Assembly (NCBI GenBank): GCA_052389555.1
Contig: JBQTHV010000172.1
Location: 326-64,325 of the forward strand
Reading direction: 5' to 3'
Length of the DNA stretch: 64,000 nt
Origin: Gemmatimonadales bacterium
GTDB lineage: Bacteria; Gemmatimonadota; Gemmatimonadetes; Gemmatimonadales; GWC2-71-9
Positions 28,519 through 38,206 of this stretch are shown here, piece by piece. The position numbers and the translations under genes are program-made. The number at the start of each line of letters is the position of its first letter. Position 1 is the first letter of the stretch. The notes beneath the pieces are model-generated. The model ran no database searches. It saw only the letters and a list, made by a program, of their open reading frames with translations, and was not told the DNA's origin.

Positions 28519-29658
28519 TCAGTCCGGCAACTGCTCGAACGGCAAATTGCCGATCCGGTAGCTCCCCCAGTCGCGGTAGTCGAAGTGCCACCACTCCTGC
28601 GGATACACCGTGAGCCCCTCGGCTTCCATAACCCGCCGGAGCAGGTCGCGGTGCCAGCGTTGCCGGGAGGTTCCTCCGGGGTAATCAGGATAGGATCGAT
28701 GAGAAAACTCGTCGTATCCCCCGGGCATTTCGACCGGCTGCCCGGTCCTCCGGTCGTAGAGAGTCAGGTCTACCGCAGAGCCACGGTTGTGGCGAGAGCC
28801 GCCGGCGGGATCGGCCACGAAGTCGTGCTGGGCCGGAGGGGTCGCGTCCCAGAAGATCTTGGTGACGTACCAGGGCCGGTAGGCGTCGTGGATCAAGAGC
28901 CCGTATCCTAACCCGCGGAGCTTCCGGTGGGCTCGCACCAGAGCCTCGGCGGCGGGCCGCTGGAGGAAGGCCCGGGCCTGAGAGTACACTGGGACGCCGA
29001 GAAAGTTGCGGCTCGTGGCGTAGCGGATGTCGAGCCGGATGGTGGAGTCGAGGCGCACCAGCTCCACGAGGTCGGTTGCGCGAAACTCGCCGGACTCGGC
29101 CGGTGGGGTTGCGGCCATGGCCTCGCCGCGAAGCTCCTTGACCGGCTGCACCGGCACGATGCGGAACCCGGTCTCGTCGCCGAATGGCCGGCGCCGCCAG
29201 ATCGAGTCGTTGACCGCCACGGCCGGCGCCACGCCCGGTGCGCCCGTCCGAAAGCGGAACACCTGGCCGGCTCCGCGGAAGCGATCCGGACCGTCCGGCG
29301 TCAGGGTGACTTCAGTGGCGGAATCGAACCGAGCGAGGAGTGCCCCGTTCCGCTCGAGCACCATAACCCGCGTGACCGAGTCGCTCCCGTATTCGCCGAT
29401 GAGCCCCCGCCACCCGGCCGGTGGCTCGGCTGGCGGAGCTTGGGCGGGCGGCCGGCAGGCGAGGCAGAGAGCGGCCAGGCTGAAGAGACGGACTGACGGA
29501 CAGCCGGACCGACGGACAGATGGGGGCGCGCAGAAGGGGGTCCTCTGAGGGCGCTTCCAGCGCCGCCGACCTTTCCCGTTCCGATGATCTGGCCCGGTGC
29601 GGCGCTGCTTGCGCCCGAAGAGGACCCCCTTCAAGCGAGCCCTATCGTTACCGCCCAA
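28519..29658 (-). CDS. D-alanyl-D-alanine dipeptidase (VanX/DdpX, peptidase M15D) with N-terminal extension
   Basis: LLIHDAYRPWYV, SRHNRGSAVDLTLYD and WWHFDY zinc/catalytic motifs. Start uncertain (TTG 29658 from the track); the signal-like LFSLAALCLAC lies about 45 codons in. Confidence 0.8.
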   Translation of the reverse strand: MGGNDRARLKGVLFGRKQRRTGPDHRNGKGRRRWKRPQRTPFCAPPSVRRSGCPSVRLFSLAALCLACRPPAQAPPAEPPAGWRGLIGEYGSDSVTRVMVLERNGALLARFDSATEVTLTPDGPDRFRGAGQVFRFRTGAPGVAPAVAVNDSIWRRRPFGDETGFRIVPVQPVKELRGEAMAATPPAESGEFRATDLVELVRLDSTIRLDIRYATSRNFLGVPVYSQARAFLQRPAAEALVRAHRKLRGLGYGLLIHDAYRPWYVTKIFWDATPPAQHDFVADPAGGSRHNRGSAVDLTLYDRRTGQPVEMPGGYDEFSHRSYPDYPGGTSRQRWHRDLLRRVMEAEGLTVYPQEWWHFDYRDWGSYRIGNLPFEQLPD

Positions 29659-29681
29659 CCGCCCAACCGCCCAACCGCCTG

Positions 29682-30998
29682 TTATGGTTTCGGCCGGGCC
29701 CGGAATTTCTCGTACAGCTCGGTGTGCCGGTCGTCCCAGGGCTGCAATTCGCCCCTGATGAACACGTGCTTCACCTGGGTTCGCACATCGAGCGGATCCC
29801 CGGTGGTCACGAACAGATTGGCAGTCTTGCCGTTCTCGATGCTGCCCAGGCGGTCCGCCACCCCCCAGATCTTCGCCGGGTTAATCGTGATGGACCGGAG
29901 CGCCTCTTCGGGATCGAGCCCGTACGCCGCGGCCAGCGCGGCGTTGTACGGCAGGTTCCGGGCATCGCCGTTGCCGCCGTCGGCGGTCTGGAAGGCGATC
30001 AGCACGCCCGCTCTCGCCAGCACACCCGGGTTCGCGTAGACCGCATCGTACGGGTCTTCACCCTGAGGGGTCTGGGTGGTGGGTCCAACGATCACCGGAA
30101 TCTTTCGCGCCGCCAGTGTATCGGCCAGCTTCCAGGCGTCTTCCGCCCCTCGCAGCACCACTCTCAACTTGAACGTGTCCGCCAGGGCGAGCACGCCCCG
30201 AATCTGCTGCTCGGTGGACACGTCGAAAACCACCGGCATCTCGCCCCGGAGCGCCGGGCCGAGCGCAGCGTAGGCGAGATTGGTCTGTGCCGGGTTAGGG
30301 CGCTCGCTGTAGGCCTTGGCGTTGCGCAGATACGAGTAGAGTGCCTGCACCTGGCGGTTCTGCGCCTCCCCGTTCTGCTGCTGGCCGCCGAACCTGCCGC
30401 CGCCGCCCCCAAAGCGTCCCCCGCCACCGCCGATCCGCGGATAGGTCATCACCATGGCGGCCTGGCCGCTCTCCGCCATTTCGTACGGCGTCCAGCCTGC
30501 CATGTCGATGAGCGCGGCCGTTCCCTGCACCAGTCCGCCCTCGGCCGAGGTGACCACCGTGGTCACCCCGTTCGCGCGGGTTATGCCGATGTGCTCCGAA
30601 TGGGGGTTGACGGCGGTCAGCACGTCATTCTGCGGATTGAAATCACCGAGCTCCCGGGTGTCCTGTCCGCCCGGCACCGAGCCGATCTCGACCAGGCCGA
30701 GCCGGGTCCCCGAATCGATCAGACCGGGATAGACGAACATCCCGGCCGCGTCGATCACCTTCGCGTCTGAAGGGATCGCGATACCGGTCCCGACTGCGGC
30801 GATCCTGCCGTCGCGGATGATCACGGTGCCGTTCGCGATCCGGGTACCGACCACCGGCACGATGGTGGCGTTGGTGATTGCATACGTCGTGGCTCGGCGC
30901 TCGGTGCTCGGTGCTCGGCGCTCGGCACTCGGCGCTTGTGCCGCGAGGGGCGCCGCGAGGGCGCTCGTCAGTACACTCCCAAGGAGAAGTCGGTTCAT
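29682..30998 (-). CDS. amidohydrolase family protein (secreted), 1 of 3
   Basis: 438 aa. Signal peptide, then a repeat-encoded SAERRAPSTERRAT segment. Metal-dependent hydrolase N-terminal beta-sandwich (NATIVPVVG..IIRDGRIAAVG, PGLIDSG). Internal GGGGGRFGGGGGRFGG insert. Confidence 0.85.
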   Translation of the reverse strand: MNRLLLGSVLTSALAAPLAAQAPSAERRAPSTERRATTYAITNATIVPVVGTRIANGTVIIRDGRIAAVGTGIAIPSDAKVIDAAGMFVYPGLIDSGTRLGLVEIGSVPGGQDTRELGDFNPQNDVLTAVNPHSEHIGITRANGVTTVVTSAEGGLVQGTAALIDMAGWTPYEMAESGQAAMVMTYPRIGGGGGRFGGGGGRFGGQQQNGEAQNRQVQALYSYLRNAKAYSERPNPAQTNLAYAALGPALRGEMPVVFDVSTEQQIRGVLALADTFKLRVVLRGAEDAWKLADTLAARKIPVIVGPTTQTPQGEDPYDAVYANPGVLARAGVLIAFQTADGGNGDARNLPYNAALAAAYGLDPEEALRSITINPAKIWGVADRLGSIENGKTANLFVTTGDPLDVRTQVKHVFIRGELQPWDDRHTELYEKFRARPKP

Positions 30999-32416
30999 GG
31001 GGCACCGTCACTGGTCGTGGCGCGGGGACGCTGTTTGAGCTGCTCGATCAGGTGCTCCAGCGTCGGCGCCGTGTTGCGGTCGAAGAACACGCGTCCGTCG
31101 ATCAGGGTCATCTCGACCCGGCTCGCCGGCGCGAAGGGATGGCCGTTGAACACCGCGAGGTCGGCATCCTTCCCGACATCGATCGAGCCGGTCATCTTGT
31201 CGATGCCGAGCTGGATCGCCGCGTTCAGCGTGATCATGCGGATCGCGGTCTCCTCCGACGCCCCGCCGTACTTCATGGCCTTGGCGGCCTCCTGGTACAG
31301 CCGGCGGGCCCGCTCATCCGAGTCCGAGTTGATCGTCACGATCACCCCGCGCTCCGCCATGAGGGCGGCGTTGTGGGGAATCGCATCGTACGCCTCGAGC
31401 TTGTAGGCCCAGTTGTCGGCAAAGGTCGACCCGCCAGTCCCGGCCGCCGCGATCTCGTCGGCGATCTTGTAGCCCTCCAGCACGTGCTGGAGACTCGCGA
31501 GCCGGAATCCGAAATCCTTGGCGACCCGGAGAATCATCAGGATCTCGTCCGATCGGTACGAATGCGCATGGACCAGCCGCTTGCCCTCGAGCACCTCCAC
31601 CAGGGCGTCGAGCTGGAGATCGCGCGCCGGGGGAATCGGCTCCGGCTGCCCGCGTTTCCAGGCGCGCTTCGCGGTGTCGTAGGTCTTCCATTCCGCCTGG
31701 TATTCCCGGGCCCGCGTGAAGGCATCGCGCAGCACCTCTTCCTGTCCCATGCGGGTGCGGGGATAGCGTTGAGTCTGGCCCGGTAAGACGCTGCGGTTGG
31801 TCTGCCGCACGTTCTCGCCGAGCGCGAACTTGATCCCGGGCGGCGCTCCGGTGAAGAGCATCGAATCCACCGGCAGGCCCCAGCGGAGCTTGACCACCGC
31901 GTTCTGGCCGCCGATCGTGTTGGCCGAGCCGTGCAGAATGTTGAGCGCGGTCACCCCGCCGGCCAGCGAGCGGAACAGGCCGATCGCATCTTCCCGCAGC
32001 ACGTCCTGGATCCGCACCTGCGCCGTGATCGAGCGGCTCCCCTCGTTGATCCCCTCCGACGCACTGTGGGAGTGGGCGTCGATGATCCCGGGCATGACGT
32101 ACTTCCCGGCGCCGTCGATCACCTGCGCTCCGGCGGGCACCGTCACGGAAGCTCCTACCGCGGCGATCTTGCCGTTCCTGATCAGCACGGTGCCGCGCTC
32201 GATGGTACCGTGACTCGCGGTCAGAATGGTGGCGTTGGTGATGGCGACCAGCGTGCCCGCGGGAGGAATGGGGACACTCAATGCCGGCTGGGCTACGGTT
32301 TGCGGCTGATTGGCCTGGCCCTGTCCGTAGGCGGGAGCGGCCAGCGCGAAGATGGCGCCGATGCCGAGGATTCGTCTGGCCGCCTGACCGTCCGACCGTC
32401 TGTCCGTCTTCATCAT
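30995..32416 (-). CDS. amidohydrolase family protein (secreted), 2 of 3
   Basis: 473 aa. PGIIDAHSHS metal-binding HxH motif. 4-nt overlaps with both neighbouring genes. Confidence 0.85.
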   Translation of the reverse strand: MMKTDRRSDGQAARRILGIGAIFALAAPAYGQGQANQPQTVAQPALSVPIPPAGTLVAITNATILTASHGTIERGTVLIRNGKIAAVGASVTVPAGAQVIDGAGKYVMPGIIDAHSHSASEGINEGSRSITAQVRIQDVLREDAIGLFRSLAGGVTALNILHGSANTIGGQNAVVKLRWGLPVDSMLFTGAPPGIKFALGENVRQTNRSVLPGQTQRYPRTRMGQEEVLRDAFTRAREYQAEWKTYDTAKRAWKRGQPEPIPPARDLQLDALVEVLEGKRLVHAHSYRSDEILMILRVAKDFGFRLASLQHVLEGYKIADEIAAAGTGGSTFADNWAYKLEAYDAIPHNAALMAERGVIVTINSDSDERARRLYQEAAKAMKYGGASEETAIRMITLNAAIQLGIDKMTGSIDVGKDADLAVFNGHPFAPASRVEMTLIDGRVFFDRNTAPTLEHLIEQLKQRPRATTSDGAP

Positions 32417-34065
32417 GGCCTCCGCTGCGCCGTGAAGGTAGCGCTCCCGAAGTTGCCGAGGTCAGCGGTTCCCGTCATCTGGTCGGCGGTTACCTCGCCC
32501 CGATAGTTGATCGTGAAGCTCTGGTTGCCGACCTGCATGGTCATGCTCCAGGTAACATTCCGGCCGGAAACCTGGCCATCGCTGATCTCACTTGATCCCA
32601 TCATGCTGGTCATGGTTCCGGAGAACGTGCGGCCGCTCTGGGAGACGGTCATGGTGATCTCCATCGGTCCCTGCGGCGAATTCATCGTCATTGCCCAGGT
32701 TCCGCCGAGCTGAGCGGGCGCGCCGCCGTTGTTGCTCCCTCCGGCGGCGCGGGCCGGTGGTGGCGGGGCGACTTCGTACCGGATTCCATCGACGAACACC
32801 GCGCTCACCCGCGCGGAGTCGGTGAGGAGATCGCCGCTCGACACGACGAGATTGGCGATCTTGCCGGGCTCGATACTGCCCAACATCTCGCGGGCGCCGG
32901 CCAACTCGGCGGGCCGAATGGTGAGGGCTTCGAGTGCCACCGAGGCAGGCAGACCGGCCGCGATGGCCTTGCGCACGTTGGGGAGGAAATCGCGCGAGCC
33001 GCCGGAGGCCAGCGCGAAGCGAACCCCGGCACGATGGAGCGCTGCGGCGTTTCCCTCGATGAGGTTCTGCACCTCGCGGGTGGCGGCCGCGCTGTCGCCC
33101 GGTGGGCGGCGCTGGCTCAGCCGATAGGACCAGCGAGTGACCTGAGCCGGCTGGGGGAAGTTGACCGACACCACGACCGGCTTGCCGGTCAGGGCATCGA
33201 GCGCCAGCCAGCCTTCGGTGGCGCCGACCACTAGCGCCTTGAGGTTGAACTCACCCGTCAGCCGCAGGGCGCGGCGGATCTCGTTCTCGTTGTTGGCCTC
33301 GATGAACGCCGGCAGCTCGCCCCGCACGACCGGCACCAGCGCTTCGACCTTGGCGTCGTGCTCGGGACGCGGCACGCCGCGCGGGTTGGCCCGGTAGCGG
33401 TCGAGCAGGTGGGCGTGATGCTGCGCGTCGTAGAGCGACTGGCGCTGGTAGGCGATCACCCCCAACAGGCTGCCGGGGTAGTCTCCTCCTACGCCCTGGT
33501 AGCCGATGTGCATCGCGACCGGCGCCCGCAATACGGCGCCCGCATCCGCGCTGTCCCGCAGGGGAATCAACGCCGAACTGCCCCGGAACAGTCCTCGCGA
33601 TGGGGAGACCAGGATCGCTGTGATGCCCAGATCGCGGAGCGGCTTGATCTCGGCGGGTGGGATGTTGAGCTCTTTTACGGCCTCCCGTTCCGGCTCGAGG
33701 CCGCGGGGACCGCGCTGGGCCGCTGCCGCCGCTTGACCGCCGCCGCCGCCCCCTCCAGGGCCTCCGCCGCCGGCAGCCGGCGCGGGAAGTCCGAGCGAAG
33801 AAGTAAGATCGATAAAGCCGGGAGTCACTGTCTTGCCGCGCAAGTCGAGCACCCGGGCGTCGGGCGGTACCGTGACCGACGGGCCGACCACCTCGATCAG
33901 ACCTTTGCGAATGATGATGGTGCCTTGTTCGATGACGCCGCCGGTGACCGTTTGAATCCGGGCGTTGGTCAGCGCCCAGGTGTCCGGTTGTGCCGCGGCA
34001 GACTGCAGGGGGGCCAACGAGATGGCTGCAAGCGCCAGCGCGCCGGCAGCCCGGGAGGGACGCAT
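32413..34065 (-). CDS. amidohydrolase family protein (secreted) with extra C-terminal beta-rich domain, 3 of 3
   Basis: 550 aa. N-terminal amidohydrolase sandwich (NARIQTVTGGVIEQGTIIIRKGLI, PGFIDLTS), a poly-Gly/Ala insert, and a ~100-aa C-terminal extension. Confidence 0.85.
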   Translation of the reverse strand: MRPSRAAGALALAAISLAPLQSAAAQPDTWALTNARIQTVTGGVIEQGTIIIRKGLIEVVGPSVTVPPDARVLDLRGKTVTPGFIDLTSSLGLPAPAAGGGGPGGGGGGGQAAAAAQRGPRGLEPEREAVKELNIPPAEIKPLRDLGITAILVSPSRGLFRGSSALIPLRDSADAGAVLRAPVAMHIGYQGVGGDYPGSLLGVIAYQRQSLYDAQHHAHLLDRYRANPRGVPRPEHDAKVEALVPVVRGELPAFIEANNENEIRRALRLTGEFNLKALVVGATEGWLALDALTGKPVVVSVNFPQPAQVTRWSYRLSQRRPPGDSAAATREVQNLIEGNAAALHRAGVRFALASGGSRDFLPNVRKAIAAGLPASVALEALTIRPAELAGAREMLGSIEPGKIANLVVSSGDLLTDSARVSAVFVDGIRYEVAPPPPARAAGGSNNGGAPAQLGGTWAMTMNSPQGPMEITMTVSQSGRTFSGTMTSMMGSSEISDGQVSGRNVTWSMTMQVGNQSFTINYRGEVTADQMTGTADLGNFGSATFTAQRRP

Positions 34066-34206
34066 TTCCAGCCTCCGGACCGGTGTCGAGTTGAAGCAGG
34101 ACCCCGTCGAGCGGGGCCCGAGAATCTACGTCGGACGGTAAATTACGCGCTATTGCCGAATCAGGTTGAGATGCAGGGGACCGGGGCCAGGGGCCGGGGA
34201 CCAGGG

Positions 34207-34560
34207 ATGGAAGTGCAAGTCTTCGGGGTCCGGAAGAGTCCCGCAACCCGCGCGGCACTTCGGTTCTTCGCTGAGCGGCGGATCAAGGTGCACTTCGTGG
34301 ATCTGGCCGAGCGGCCGGCCTCTCGTGGCGAGCTGACCCGATTCGCGCAGAAGCTCGGAGTGCCTGCATTGATCGATCGGGAGTCGCGGCGCTTCGCCGA
34401 GCTCGGCCTCAATGCGGCGGGCTATTCCGAGGAGCGCTGGCTCGAGCGCCTGGTGGAGGAACCGCTACTCCTCAGGATGCCGCTGGTGCGGCGGCAGCAG
34501 CAGCTCACGGTCGGACCGGCGGAGGCAACCTGGAAGGAATGGGTGAGCGGTGAGCGGTGA
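34207..34560 (+). CDS. ArsC/Spx/YffB family (glutaredoxin-fold) protein
   Basis: ATG 34207. MEVQVFGVRKSPATRAALRFFAERRIKVHFVDL... matches the family layout but lacks the N-terminal CxxC/Cys (S at that position). Confidence 0.75.
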   Translation: MEVQVFGVRKSPATRAALRFFAERRIKVHFVDLAERPASRGELTRFAQKLGVPALIDRESRRFAELGLNAAGYSEERWLERLVEEPLLLRMPLVRRQQQLTVGPAEATWKEWVSGER

Positions 34561-34580
34561 GAGGTGAGAGGTGAGAGGGA
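34541..34580. repeat. direct GTGAGCG/GTGAGAG heptamer array (family 1)
   Basis: GGGTGAGCGGTGAGCGGTGAGAGGTGAGAGGTGAGAGGGA, spanning the stop of the ArsC-family gene. Followed at 34664-34745 by CCGTCCTG/CCGTCCAG octamer units inside the next ORF. Confidence 0.8.
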
Positions 34581-34618
34581 GCCGCGTCAACAGTCGACCA
34601 TCACGGGGACGGCGTAGT

Positions 34619-35569
34619 GTGAAGCGAGTACGCTGGAGTGGATTGCTGTTGGCGGGCCTCTTACCGGCCGTCCTGCCGTCCGGCCGTCCCGCCGTCCTGT
34701 TTCCGGCCATCCAGCCGTCTAGCCGTCCAGCCGTCCAAGCTCCGCCCGGGACCGACATCTATCTCGTCCCGCTGGCGCGGCGGGGAGCCGAGCTCAGGGC
34801 GGGGACGCCGGTCAACCTCACCGCGCGCGCGGGTTATGATAACCAGCCGTCTTTTTCACCCGATGGGCGGAGTCTGTACTACACCTCGGCCCGGGAGGGT
34901 CAGACTGATATCGTCCGGTACGATCTCGATTCCCGCCGAACCACGCAGGTACTCTCGACCTCTGAGAGCGAATACTCGCCCACCGTAATGCCGGACGGGC
35001 AACATCTCTCCGTGGTTCGGGTGGAGCGGGATTCGACCCAGCGACTCTGGCAGTTTACCCTCGCGGGCACGGCGCCCAAGCCCGTGCTCGAGGCCGTCAA
35101 ACCGGTCGGATACCACGCATGGCTCAACGCCGATACGGTCTTTGTGTTCGTGCTGGGAACCCCCGCGACGTTGCAGCGGGCCGATGTGCGCATCGGAACC
35201 GCAATCGTGGTTGCGCGCGACATCGGTCGCGGTCTGGCAAAGATTCCGGGCCGGCATGCGGTCAGTTACGTCCAGCGGGATTCGGCCGGCGGGGCGATCC
35301 ACGAGCTCGATCCCGTCTCGGGACGAAGTGGCAAGCTCGCACCGCTGCCCGAGAGGAACGAGTTCTTCGGGTGGACTCCCGCCGGCGAGCTTCTCTCGGC
35401 GAGCGGCAACGCGTTGCTCTGGTGGCGGTCCGACCGCGGTGGATGGAACGTGGTCACCCGATTCACCGAACCCGGGCTCCAGCGCATCAGCCGGATTGCG
35501 GTGAGCCCGCGGGGAGATTTCCTGGCGCTGGTGGGGGAAGACAATTCTCGGCCACCGGGCAACCCTTGA
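34619..35569 (+). CDS. PD40/TolB-like beta-propeller protein
   Basis: YDNQPSFSPDGRSLYYTS and SEYSPTVMPDGQHLSVVR blades. Start uncertain: GTG 34619 (MKRVRWSGLLLAGLL) or GTG 34571 inside the repeat. Confidence 0.75.
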   Translation: MKRVRWSGLLLAGLLPAVLPSGRPAVLFPAIQPSSRPAVQAPPGTDIYLVPLARRGAELRAGTPVNLTARAGYDNQPSFSPDGRSLYYTSAREGQTDIVRYDLDSRRTTQVLSTSESEYSPTVMPDGQHLSVVRVERDSTQRLWQFTLAGTAPKPVLEAVKPVGYHAWLNADTVFVFVLGTPATLQRADVRIGTAIVVARDIGRGLAKIPGRHAVSYVQRDSAGGAIHELDPVSGRSGKLAPLPERNEFFGWTPAGELLSASGNALLWWRSDRGGWNVVTRFTEPGLQRISRIAVSPRGDFLALVGEDNSRPPGNP

Positions 35570-35705
35570 CGCTTAGCCCCGATGCTCGGTAGCATCCGCC
35601 GCCCCTGTTGGACTGTCTCGAGGAGGAGCTATCCGGTTCCGACCATTTCGCGCCTGGCGACCAAAGCCCTCGATCGTTCCGCGCGTCGCATGCCCGCCCT
35701 ATGAT

Positions 35706-36851
35706 GTGGTAACCCGCGCTGAGGCGCTGGCGCTGGCGGCGGGCAATCCCCTGAGCTTCCTCCACGTGGTGCGCTCCGACATCGACCTGCCCGAATCGGT
35801 CGACCCGCACGATGCCCGCGTCTATGCCAAGGCGAAGGACAGCTTCGCTTTCCTGATGCGGGATGGGTTCGTGGAAGAGGGGTCCCCGTCGGTGTTTCTC
35901 TACGAAATCACGCTGGAGGGCCGCACCCAGCTCGGGGTGGTGGGCTGTGTGCACGTGGACGAGTACGAAAGCGGGGTCATCCGCAAGCATGAGGCAACCC
36001 GGAGCGACAAGGAGGATGACCGGACCCGCCACATCCTGACCCTGGGCGCCCACGCCGAGCCGGTGCTGCTGGCGCATCAGCCGACGCCGTACCTAACCCG
36101 GCTCAACCAGGCGACCCTCGAGACGGAGTCGCTCTTCGACTACACGACCGCCGGGGTGCGGCATCGCGGCTGGAAGGTGGCCGACCCGGTGGCGTACGCC
36201 GATGGATTTCGCCGGGTGCCGGCCGCCTACATTGCGGACGGCCATCACCGGAGCGCGGGGGCGTGGCGGGCTGCGGCGGAGCGAAAGGCTCATAACCCGC
36301 GCCACTCCGGCGCGGAGGAATACAATTGGTTTCTGGCGGTGCTGTTCCCGGCCACCCAGCTCCGGATTCTTCCCTATCATCGCGTCGTGCGGGATCTGGC
36401 CGGGTTGACTCCCGAAGGGTTCCTGTCGCAATTGCTGGAGGTTGGCCAGGTCGAACCGACGGACCGGCCGGAGCCCGAGCGTACCGGCTCGTTCGGGGTT
36501 CTGGTAGGCAACCGCTGGTTCCGGCTGACCCTGCCGGGTGAGAGTGTTGCCACGCTCGATCCGCTGCGGGCGCTCGACGCGGCACTGCTCCAGGCCCGGA
36601 TCCTCGAGCCGATCCTCAAGATCGGTGACCTGCGCACCGACGTCCGCGTCGGATTCGTAGGGGGGCTCCGCGGGATTGCCGAGCTGGAGCGTCTGGTCGG
36701 CTCCGGCGAGATGGCGGCCGGGTTCGCCCTGCATCCGGTCTCCATGGACCAGCTCATGCGATTCGCGGACGGGGGCCTCACGATGCCGCCAAAATCAACC
36801 TGGCTCGAGCCCAAACTGCAGAGCGGGCTGTTCGTTCACTTGCTGGACTGA
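35706..36851 (+). CDS. DUF1015 family protein
   Basis: The conserved core RKHEATRSDKEDDRTRHI is present. 35706 is the first canonical start, but conserved N-terminal sequence (IRFRPFRAWRP...CPPYDV) continues in frame upstream to about 35631 (see findings). Confidence 0.8.
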   Translation: MVTRAEALALAAGNPLSFLHVVRSDIDLPESVDPHDARVYAKAKDSFAFLMRDGFVEEGSPSVFLYEITLEGRTQLGVVGCVHVDEYESGVIRKHEATRSDKEDDRTRHILTLGAHAEPVLLAHQPTPYLTRLNQATLETESLFDYTTAGVRHRGWKVADPVAYADGFRRVPAAYIADGHHRSAGAWRAAAERKAHNPRHSGAEEYNWFLAVLFPATQLRILPYHRVVRDLAGLTPEGFLSQLLEVGQVEPTDRPEPERTGSFGVLVGNRWFRLTLPGESVATLDPLRALDAALLQARILEPILKIGDLRTDVRVGFVGGLRGIAELERLVGSGEMAAGFALHPVSMDQLMRFADGGLTMPPKSTWLEPKLQSGLFVHLLD

Positions 36852-36868
36852 CGGCCGGGAGCTCCGGG

Positions 36869-38080
36869 GTGACGAACGTGCTGGTGGCCGACAAATTCGA
36901 AACCGTCGGGGTGGACGGCCTGAAAGACCTGGGCTGCGACGTCGTGGTGCGTCCGGATGTCAAGGCGGATGCGCTCGGGGCGCTGGTGAAGGAAGTGAAT
37001 CCCAGGATTCTGATCGTCCGCAGCACGAAGGTCCTGGAGCCGGCGCTCGCCGCGGGGCCTGCCCTCTCCCTCGTGATCCGGGCCGGGGCCGGCATCGACA
37101 ACATCGATGTGGCGGCGGCGTCACGGCTCGGCATCTTCGTCTCGAACTGTCCCGGCAAAAACTCCATCGCGGTGGCCGAGCTGGTGATGGGTCACCTGAT
37201 CGCGCTGGACCGGCGGATCCCTGACCAGGTGGTGGACTTGCGGAACGGACGTTGGCGGAGGGGCGAGTACAGTCAGTCCCGCGGGCTCTTCGGCCGCACC
37301 CTCGGCATTGTCGGGTTAGGGCAGATCGGCCGGGAAGTCTCGCGCCGGGCCCAGGGATTCGGGATGCATGTGGTGGGCTGGTCGCGCAATCTCACCGACG
37401 AGGAAGCGGATCGACTGAACGTTGGCTATTGCCAAACGCCGCTCGAGGTCGCCCGTCTCTCCGACGCGGTGTCGGTCCACGTCGCCGGCACCGGCGAAAC
37501 GCGACACCTGGTGAATCAGGAGTTCCTGGCCGCGATGAGGCCGCGCGCCTATCTCATCAACGCGTCGCGCGGGAGCGTGGTCGATGAGGAGGCGCTGACC
37601 CGCGCGATCCGGGAGCGGGGCATCCGGGTCGCGCTCGATGTCTATCAGCATGAGCCGGGGGCGTCCGAGGCTGACTTCCGCCCCGCGATCCTTTCGGAAT
37701 CGGTGGTCTATGGGACCCATCATGTCGGCGCGTCCACCGAGCAGGCCCAGGTGGCCATTGCCCACGAGGTGATCCGCATCGTGGACGCGTTTCTCTCGAC
37801 CGGCCGGGCGCCGCACTGCGTCAACCGGCTGGCCAAGAGCACCGCGACCCACATGGTGTCGGTGCGGCATCACAACCGGCCCGGGGTGCTGGCCCACGTG
37901 TTCCGGGTCCTGTCCGAGGCCGGTATCAACGTGGAGGAGGTGGAGAACATCGCCTACCATGGCGCCCAGGCGGCGGCAGCCCGGATCCACATTTCCTCGC
38001 GCCCCAGCGAGCAGGTCTTTCAGGAGATTCGCGACGGGAATCGGGACATCATCAGCGTGGATGTGACGGCGATTGAGTAG
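36869..38080 (+). CDS. serA: D-3-phosphoglycerate dehydrogenase with C-terminal ACT domain
   Basis: 403 aa. NAD motif GIVGLGQIGREV, catalytic R/E/H pattern, C-terminal ACT-like segment. Confidence 0.9.
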   Translation: MTNVLVADKFETVGVDGLKDLGCDVVVRPDVKADALGALVKEVNPRILIVRSTKVLEPALAAGPALSLVIRAGAGIDNIDVAAASRLGIFVSNCPGKNSIAVAELVMGHLIALDRRIPDQVVDLRNGRWRRGEYSQSRGLFGRTLGIVGLGQIGREVSRRAQGFGMHVVGWSRNLTDEEADRLNVGYCQTPLEVARLSDAVSVHVAGTGETRHLVNQEFLAAMRPRAYLINASRGSVVDEEALTRAIRERGIRVALDVYQHEPGASEADFRPAILSESVVYGTHHVGASTEQAQVAIAHEVIRIVDAFLSTGRAPHCVNRLAKSTATHMVSVRHHNRPGVLAHVFRVLSEAGINVEEVENIAYHGAQAAAARIHISSRPSEQVFQEIRDGNRDIISVDVTAIE

Positions 38081-38200
38081 GCTATTGGCTCTTGGCTATT
38101 GGCTATTGGTCTTGTCGTGGAGCGGGCAGGAGCCATAGCCGAGGTTCCCACCCGTTCGCGGGACAACCAATAGCCAATAGCCAACAGCCAATAGCCAAGG
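38081..38200. repeat. zipper hairpin built from CCAATAG/CTATTGG heptamers (family 2)
   Basis: GGCTATTGGCTCTTGGCTATTGGCTATTGG - 57 nt - CCAATAGCCAATAGCCAACAGCCAATAGCCAAGG. Fills the serA-serC spacer. Confidence 0.9.
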
Positions 38201-38206
38201 AACCCA

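Noticed and set aside
33251-34258. 335-aa minus-strand ORF, plus the 5' 280 codons of ORF 33358..34560
   Set aside because: Both overlap amidohydrolase 3 in wrong frames. Only the last 117 codons of 33358..34560 (from ATG 34207) look like a real ArsC/Spx-family gene.
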